This document shows positions 6,806-10,137 of a stretch of DNA of 10,137 bases, piece by piece (the first letter of the stretch is position 1; each line of letters opens with the position of its first letter). The notes below the pieces were generated by a model, which had not been told where the DNA came from, did no database searches, and was given only the letters and a program-made list of their open reading frames with translations. Location: assembly GCA_030527685.1 (NCBI GenBank), contig JAUNAG010000095.1:1-10137 (forward strand), written 5' to 3'. The stretch comes from Lachnospiraceae bacterium (lineage in GTDB: Bacteria > Bacillota > Clostridia > Lachnospirales > Lachnospiraceae). A program made the translations under genes and the position numbers.

Positions 6806-8680
6806 ATGAAATCAATTCGGGGGAATATGGATATGGCTTCTTTTGTCATGGAGTGTCCGAGCTGCGGCAGGTATGTCGAGGCGAAAACAGGCTTTTTTGC
6901 AAGAAAGAAAATTGACTGTACCTGTGGTTATACCATCAATGTTCGCACAGATAAGCTGACCGGCAGAGTGTGTCCGCACTGCGGCAACAACGTGGTTTTT
7001 GATCAGAGCAAGGCGGATCAGGCGAAGTGCCCGGTCTGCAATGAGCCGATCAACACAATGGAAGAACAGAGCAAGGTGGTGGAATTCTCCTGCGGTCAGT
7101 GCGGTGTACGTCTTCGCGCAGCAAAGGGAACAGATACCTATACCTGCCCGGTCTGTGACCATGTGAACAAAGTGGCTGAAAGAGCTGAGCTGGAAGAAGC
7201 AAAAAAGTCCGGTCTGGCAAGCATCATTCGATACGAGGGGGATAATGCGACGCTTGTCTGGAAGCATCCGCTCGAGGATTTCAACATGGGCTCTCAGCTG
7301 ATTGTCCATGAGTCACAGGAGGCGATCTTCTTCCGCGACGGACAGGCATTGGATCTTTTCGGAGCCGGACGATACACACTGGAGACACAGCAGCTGCCAC
7401 TTCTTGAGAAGATTTATCAGCTTCCGACAGACAGTGAGGCGACATTTCACTCGGAGGTTTACTTCATTAACCGTGCCACGCAGATGGGAATCAAGTGGGG
7501 AACGGACAGCAAGGTTCGCCTGTTTGATCCGATCTCCGGACTTCATGTAGAGCTTGGCGCAAGCGGTGAATTTAATATCCGTGTAGAAAATGCAAGGAAG
7601 CTCCTTCTGCGGATTGTCGGCACGACGGGAGGCCTCAGCAGTGAATCTCTCGTGGGAAATCTGAATTCCAAGGGAATCTTCAGAAGTCTGATCATGACCC
7701 AGGTCAAGAGCTTCCTGGCACAGACGATCAAGGAAAATCAGATCAGCGTTCTTGAGATCGATGAACACCTGATGACACTTTCGGCATCTCTTCGGGAGAA
7801 GATCAATCAGAGCCTTGAGGACTATGGTCTTATGATGCCGGAGTTCTTCGTATCCCGTGTCGTGACACCGGATGATGATCCGAACTTCCGAAGAATGAAG
7901 GAGCAGTATGCAAGACAGTATCTCTCTGTCCGGGAGGAGGAGATCCGGAAACGTGAGGCAGAAGCAGCGGCAGAGCGAAAGGCTGTGGAGGCACAGACCG
8001 ATGCCCGCATGCAGATCATTCATGCACAGGGAAGTGCAGAGGCCATGAAGATCCAAAAGCAGGCCGAGGCAGAAGCTTATCGGATGCAGGCAGCTGCAGA
8101 GGCAGCGGAAATGCAGATGAAGGGCTATTCCTATCAGCAGGAGACATCGCGCATGGTTGGCATGGAGGCGATGAAGAACGGACTGACCGGAGAAGGAGGC
8201 AGCGGCATCATCGGAGACCTCGCAGGACTCGGAGCCTCCCTTGGCGTGATGGGCGGTGTCGCCGGAATGGCCAAGGATATGCTCAATCCGGTTGTACAGG
8301 GAGTCGGAGGTGCATTTGCCGCAGGCGCACAGAACGGAGCGTTCGGAGACAGTCAGATGGGACAGTCCTCCCTCGGAAACGGAGTGCCCGGCGCAGCAAC
8401 TCCCGCACACAGTGCACCGGGGGACAGCTGGAACTGCAGCTGCGGTGCGGCAGGAATTACGAGCAAGTTCTGCCCCGAGTGCGGTGCGAAACGTCCCGAA
8501 CCAAAGCTGCCTGCGACCTGGAACTGTCCGAATTGCGGCGCAGCAGGAATTACAAGTAAGTTCTGTCCCGAATGCGGAACCAGAAAGCCGGAGAAGACGA
8601 CATGGTGCTGTCCGAACTGCGGTGCAAAGGAAATTACTAGCCGCTTCTGCCCCGAGTGCGGAACAGCAAAACCGGAATAA
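6806..8680 (+). CDS. Zinc-ribbon / SPFH (Band-7, PF13421-like, YdjI-type) / coiled-coil / triple C-terminal zinc-ribbon protein
   Basis: The true start is probably 6827 or 6833, because GGGGGAA at 6819–6825 is a ribosome-binding site. The N-terminus has three CxxC...CxxC zinc ribbons (CPSCG..CTCG, CPHCG..CPVC, CGQCG..CPVC). Residues about 140–360 match the Band_7_1/SPFH family that is often misannotated as virion core protein, with LVWKHPLEDFNMGSQLIVHESQEAIFFRDGQ...GAGRYTLETQQLPLL...EVYFINRA...IKWGT. An Ala/Glu-rich coiled coil and a Gly-rich linker follow. The C-terminus has three tandem W(N/C)CPNCGA(A/K)(G/E)ITS(K/R)FCPECG repeats. Confidence 0.8.
   Translation: MKSIRGNMDMASFVMECPSCGRYVEAKTGFFARKKIDCTCGYTINVRTDKLTGRVCPHCGNNVVFDQSKADQAKCPVCNEPINTMEEQSKVVEFSCGQCGVRLRAAKGTDTYTCPVCDHVNKVAERAELEEAKKSGLASIIRYEGDNATLVWKHPLEDFNMGSQLIVHESQEAIFFRDGQALDLFGAGRYTLETQQLPLLEKIYQLPTDSEATFHSEVYFINRATQMGIKWGTDSKVRLFDPISGLHVELGASGEFNIRVENARKLLLRIVGTTGGLSSESLVGNLNSKGIFRSLIMTQVKSFLAQTIKENQISVLEIDEHLMTLSASLREKINQSLEDYGLMMPEFFVSRVVTPDDDPNFRRMKEQYARQYLSVREEEIRKREAEAAAERKAVEAQTDARMQIIHAQGSAEAMKIQKQAEAEAYRMQAAAEAAEMQMKGYSYQQETSRMVGMEAMKNGLTGEGGSGIIGDLAGLGASLGVMGGVAGMAKDMLNPVVQGVGGAFAAGAQNGAFGDSQMGQSSLGNGVPGAATPAHSAPGDSWNCSCGAAGITSKFCPECGAKRPEPKLPATWNCPNCGAAGITSKFCPECGTRKPEKTTWCCPNCGAKEITSRFCPECGTAKPE
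8429..8677 (+). repeat. Three tandem in-frame coding repeats (periods 90 and 84 bp) encoding zinc-ribbon modules
   Basis: Seen directly: the units start at 8429, 8519 and 8603 (tggaactgcagctgcggtgcggcaggaattac..., tggaactgtccgaattgcggcgcagcaggaattac..., tggtgctgtccgaactgcggtgcaaaggaaattac...). They share about 75–80% nucleotide identity. All are in frame within CDS 6806..8680. They are not CRISPR: there are no unique spacers. Confidence 0.8.
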
Positions 8681-8716
8681 ATCACAACACGTCGATTGGG
8701 TTAAGGAGAAAGTGAT

Positions 8717-9421
8717 ATGACAGCAAATCAGAAGAGAGCCGCATTGACAGGCGGCATCGTGATGGCCTGCTTCACATTGATCACATTAATCGCCCCACTT
8801 CAGAAAGGAAGCGTCTACATCCTGTCATTCCTGTTCACATGGATCGCGGCATGTGTGGCAGGCTATGGAATCTACAGAGGTTTACTGAACGGCACATCTG
8901 TAAAAAGTAAATATTACGGCTTTCCGATCGCCAGGATCGGTGGCATCTATTTCGTCATTCAGCTTATCCTAAGCATCCTCCTTATGATTACGGCTACATT
9001 TATCGAGATGCCGATGTGGATCGCGGCGATTCTCTACATCGCCCTGCTGGCAGCAACAGGCATCGGCATGATCGGAGCTGTGTCAGTGCGAGAAGAAGTG
9101 GAACGACAGGACAGCGAAGTAAAGAGAAAGACCTCTGTTATCCGGGAACTGCAGAGCATCTCTGCGGGATTTGCAGGATTGACAGATAATCCGGAAGTGA
9201 AAAAGAAATTGCAGAAACTCACAGATGAGCTGCGATTCAGCGATCCGGTGAGCTCTGAGGAAACAGCAGGGATTGAGAATAAGCTGAGAGAAAAGATCGA
9301 GGAGATCCGAACACTTCTGACTACAGGAGAAGCTGACCGGGAAGCAGTGACAGTACTTTGCGAAGAAACAACACGACTGATTGGAGAACGGAATCGAATC
9401 TGCAAGGATGGGAAGAGATAA
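8717..9421 (+). CDS. Membrane protein: four N-terminal transmembrane helices followed by a ~110-aa helical/coiled-coil cytoplasmic domain (hypothetical; possible partner of the SPFH protein)
   Basis: AAGGAG at 8703–8708 is a ribosome-binding site 8 nt before the ATG. Four hydrophobic stretches lie at residues about 10–28, 33–53, 74–96 and 100–122. The C-terminal part is charged and helical (EVKKKLQKLTDELRF...KIEEIRTLL). The gene is 36 nt downstream of the SPFH gene with no terminator between them. Confidence 0.75.
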   Translation: MTANQKRAALTGGIVMACFTLITLIAPLQKGSVYILSFLFTWIAACVAGYGIYRGLLNGTSVKSKYYGFPIARIGGIYFVIQLILSILLMITATFIEMPMWIAAILYIALLAATGIGMIGAVSVREEVERQDSEVKRKTSVIRELQSISAGFAGLTDNPEVKKKLQKLTDELRFSDPVSSEETAGIENKLREKIEEIRTLLTTGEADREAVTVLCEETTRLIGERNRICKDGKR

Positions 9422-9434
9422 GAGGTGAGTCATA

Positions 9435-10001
9435 TTGGCGGAAGCAGATAAAATATGCTTTTTATTTGGAGCAGGAGCAGAAGTAGGATTTGACATCGCC
9501 GGAGGTGGAGATTTTGCAAAGGACGTGCTCGGTATATCGGATGAAGGAAAGGCGATGACCGATGCAATAGCGGAGTATTACAAAAAGGGAAGAAGCTGTT
9601 TAGTTGGAACGGAAACAGATGGATGGTATCCGGTATATACAAGGCAGGGGTGGAAGAGTAATGAGATCAAGAAAGCTGCTGTAATGACAAAGTTTCTTTT
9701 CGAGAAATCAGATGAAATTACGGATTCAAAAAAGAATTTTGAAACAATTATTAAGCGCGAAGTAAAGAATGCTAAGGATAGCGAAATAAAGAAGTATTTA
9801 AGTTATAAGGGGTTGATAGATGCAAATTTTTATACGATGATCGCACCAAAATATCTCGGGCCGACTAAGTTCTGGCAGGTAGTCAATACTTTGAGGAATT
9901 TAATAAAAGATATGGCAGTCATGTTCATATACTGGACTGGGCATTGCACCTTGATGAGTCCACTCCCCATATCCATGAAAGGCATGTCTTTGATGCGGTG
10001 A
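9435..10001 (+). CDS. Hypothetical protein with a TTG start; the N-terminus has a weak SIR2-like motif (ICFLFGAGAEVGF). The 3' ~45 codons are probably spurious read-through into a mob remnant in a different frame
   Basis: A strong ribosome-binding site, AAGAGGTGA (9420–9428), sits 6 nt before TTG at 9435. It is only 13 nt after the membrane-protein stop, so the three genes form an operon. GC content drops from about 55% to roughly 35–45% from here on. FLFGAGA resembles the SIR2_2 N-terminal motif (vlFlGAGxS), and GTETDG loosely resembles TTNYD. From about 9869 a different reading frame carries clear Mob_Pre sequence, so the real C-terminus is uncertain. Confidence 0.4.
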   Translation: MAEADKICFLFGAGAEVGFDIAGGGDFAKDVLGISDEGKAMTDAIAEYYKKGRSCLVGTETDGWYPVYTRQGWKSNEIKKAAVMTKFLFEKSDEITDSKKNFETIIKREVKNAKDSEIKKYLSYKGLIDANFYTMIAPKYLGPTKFWQVVNTLRNLIKDMAVMFIYWTGHCTLMSPLPISMKGMSLMR

Positions 10002-10137
10002 ACCAGTACGGAGAGTTATGCCCCCAACAGGACAAAGCTCTGGAAGAATTAGGAATGGAGTTGCCTGATCCGACCAAGAAAAAAGGAAAATATAATAATC
10101 GCAAGATGACCTTCGATGCAGAGTGCAGAAAGCTCTT
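9869..10137 (+). pseudogene. mob: 5'-truncated Mob_Pre (MobV/pMV158 MobM-type) plasmid mobilisation relaxase, running off the window end
   Basis: The frame starting at 9869, read after an in-frame TAA at 9866–9868, gives VLAGSQYFEEFNKRYGSHVHILDWALHLDESTPHIHERHVFDAVNQYGELCPQQDKALEELGMELPDPTKKKGKYNNRKMTFDAECRKL. This contains the family-defining motif III HxDE(S/T)TPHxH and the preceding FFE...YG block. The roughly 100 N-terminal residues are absent: there is no HNER motif I and no start codon in frame. The catalytic Tyr/His region is therefore missing from this frame. Confidence 0.6.

Noticed and set aside
7313-8410. 365-aa minus-strand ORF, plus 6812..7309(-), 8353..8685(-) and 8256..8720(+), overlapping the zinc-ribbon/SPFH gene
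   Set aside because: Antisense or out of frame relative to a CDS with coherent domain architecture. Cys-rich nonsense translation. No independent support.
8429-8677. Tandem repeats considered as a possible CRISPR array
   Set aside because: The units are 84–90 bp, in frame inside a CDS and encode zinc-ribbon motifs. There is no repeat–unique-spacer alternation and there are no cas genes.
1-10137. Scan for tRNA, rRNA, riboswitch or other structured RNA genes
   Set aside because: No cloverleaf-compatible segments, no rRNA-like conserved blocks and no recognisable riboswitch cores were seen. The intergenic regions are accounted for by promoters, terminators and the repeat sites.

Overview
The base composition, the GGAGG-type ribosome-binding sites and the protein similarities suggest this window comes from a Firmicutes/Clostridia-type genome. 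It is about 55% GC and falls to roughly 35–45% after about 9435. There are two blocks. Block 1 (about 200–5950) is a MerR-family regulator on the minus strand, transcribed divergently from a very large fusion gene of about 1160 codons. The intergenic region between them has a MerR-type promoter with a 19-bp spacer and a perfect dyad (GTACAC-N10-GTGTAC). The fusion gene encodes a complete FadH/BaiCD-like enoate reductase: an FMN TIM barrel, a CxxCxxxC..C 4Fe-4S motif and two FAD/NAD(P) Rossmann domains. This is fused in frame to an extended-SDR (3beta-HSD/epimerase-like) domain with YxxxK, and then to a domain of about 260 residues that I cannot assign. A classical SDR gene and an intrinsic terminator follow. 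Block 2 (6027 to the end) looks accessory or mobile. It starts with a small serine recombinase of the resolvase/invertase family. Directly downstream are two copies, 137 bp apart, of a 24–30-bp palindromic site centred on GTATAC. They bracket an AT-rich segment that carries a perfect TATAAT on the opposite strand. Next comes a 624-codon protein with three N-terminal zinc ribbons, an SPFH/Band-7 (YdjI-like) domain, a coiled coil, a Gly-rich linker and three tandem C-terminal zinc-ribbon repeats. A co-transcribed 4-TM coiled-coil protein follows. After it is a lower-GC ORF with a TTG start whose N-terminus carries a weak SIR2-like FLFGAGA motif. This ORF runs, with a frame break, into a 5'-truncated Mob_Pre (MobV-type, HLDESTPHIH) relaxase that continues past the window end. 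There are no rRNA, tRNA or CRISPR features. The two most interesting hypotheses are both unproven. The first is a single-polypeptide ene-reductase plus keto-reductase cassette that would fit steroid, bile-acid or xenobiotic reduction, under MerR-type control. The second is a resolvase-adjacent paired-site promoter switch or res site next to a fused YdjG/YdjI-like zinc-ribbon–SPFH membrane module on a mobilisable-element remnant.
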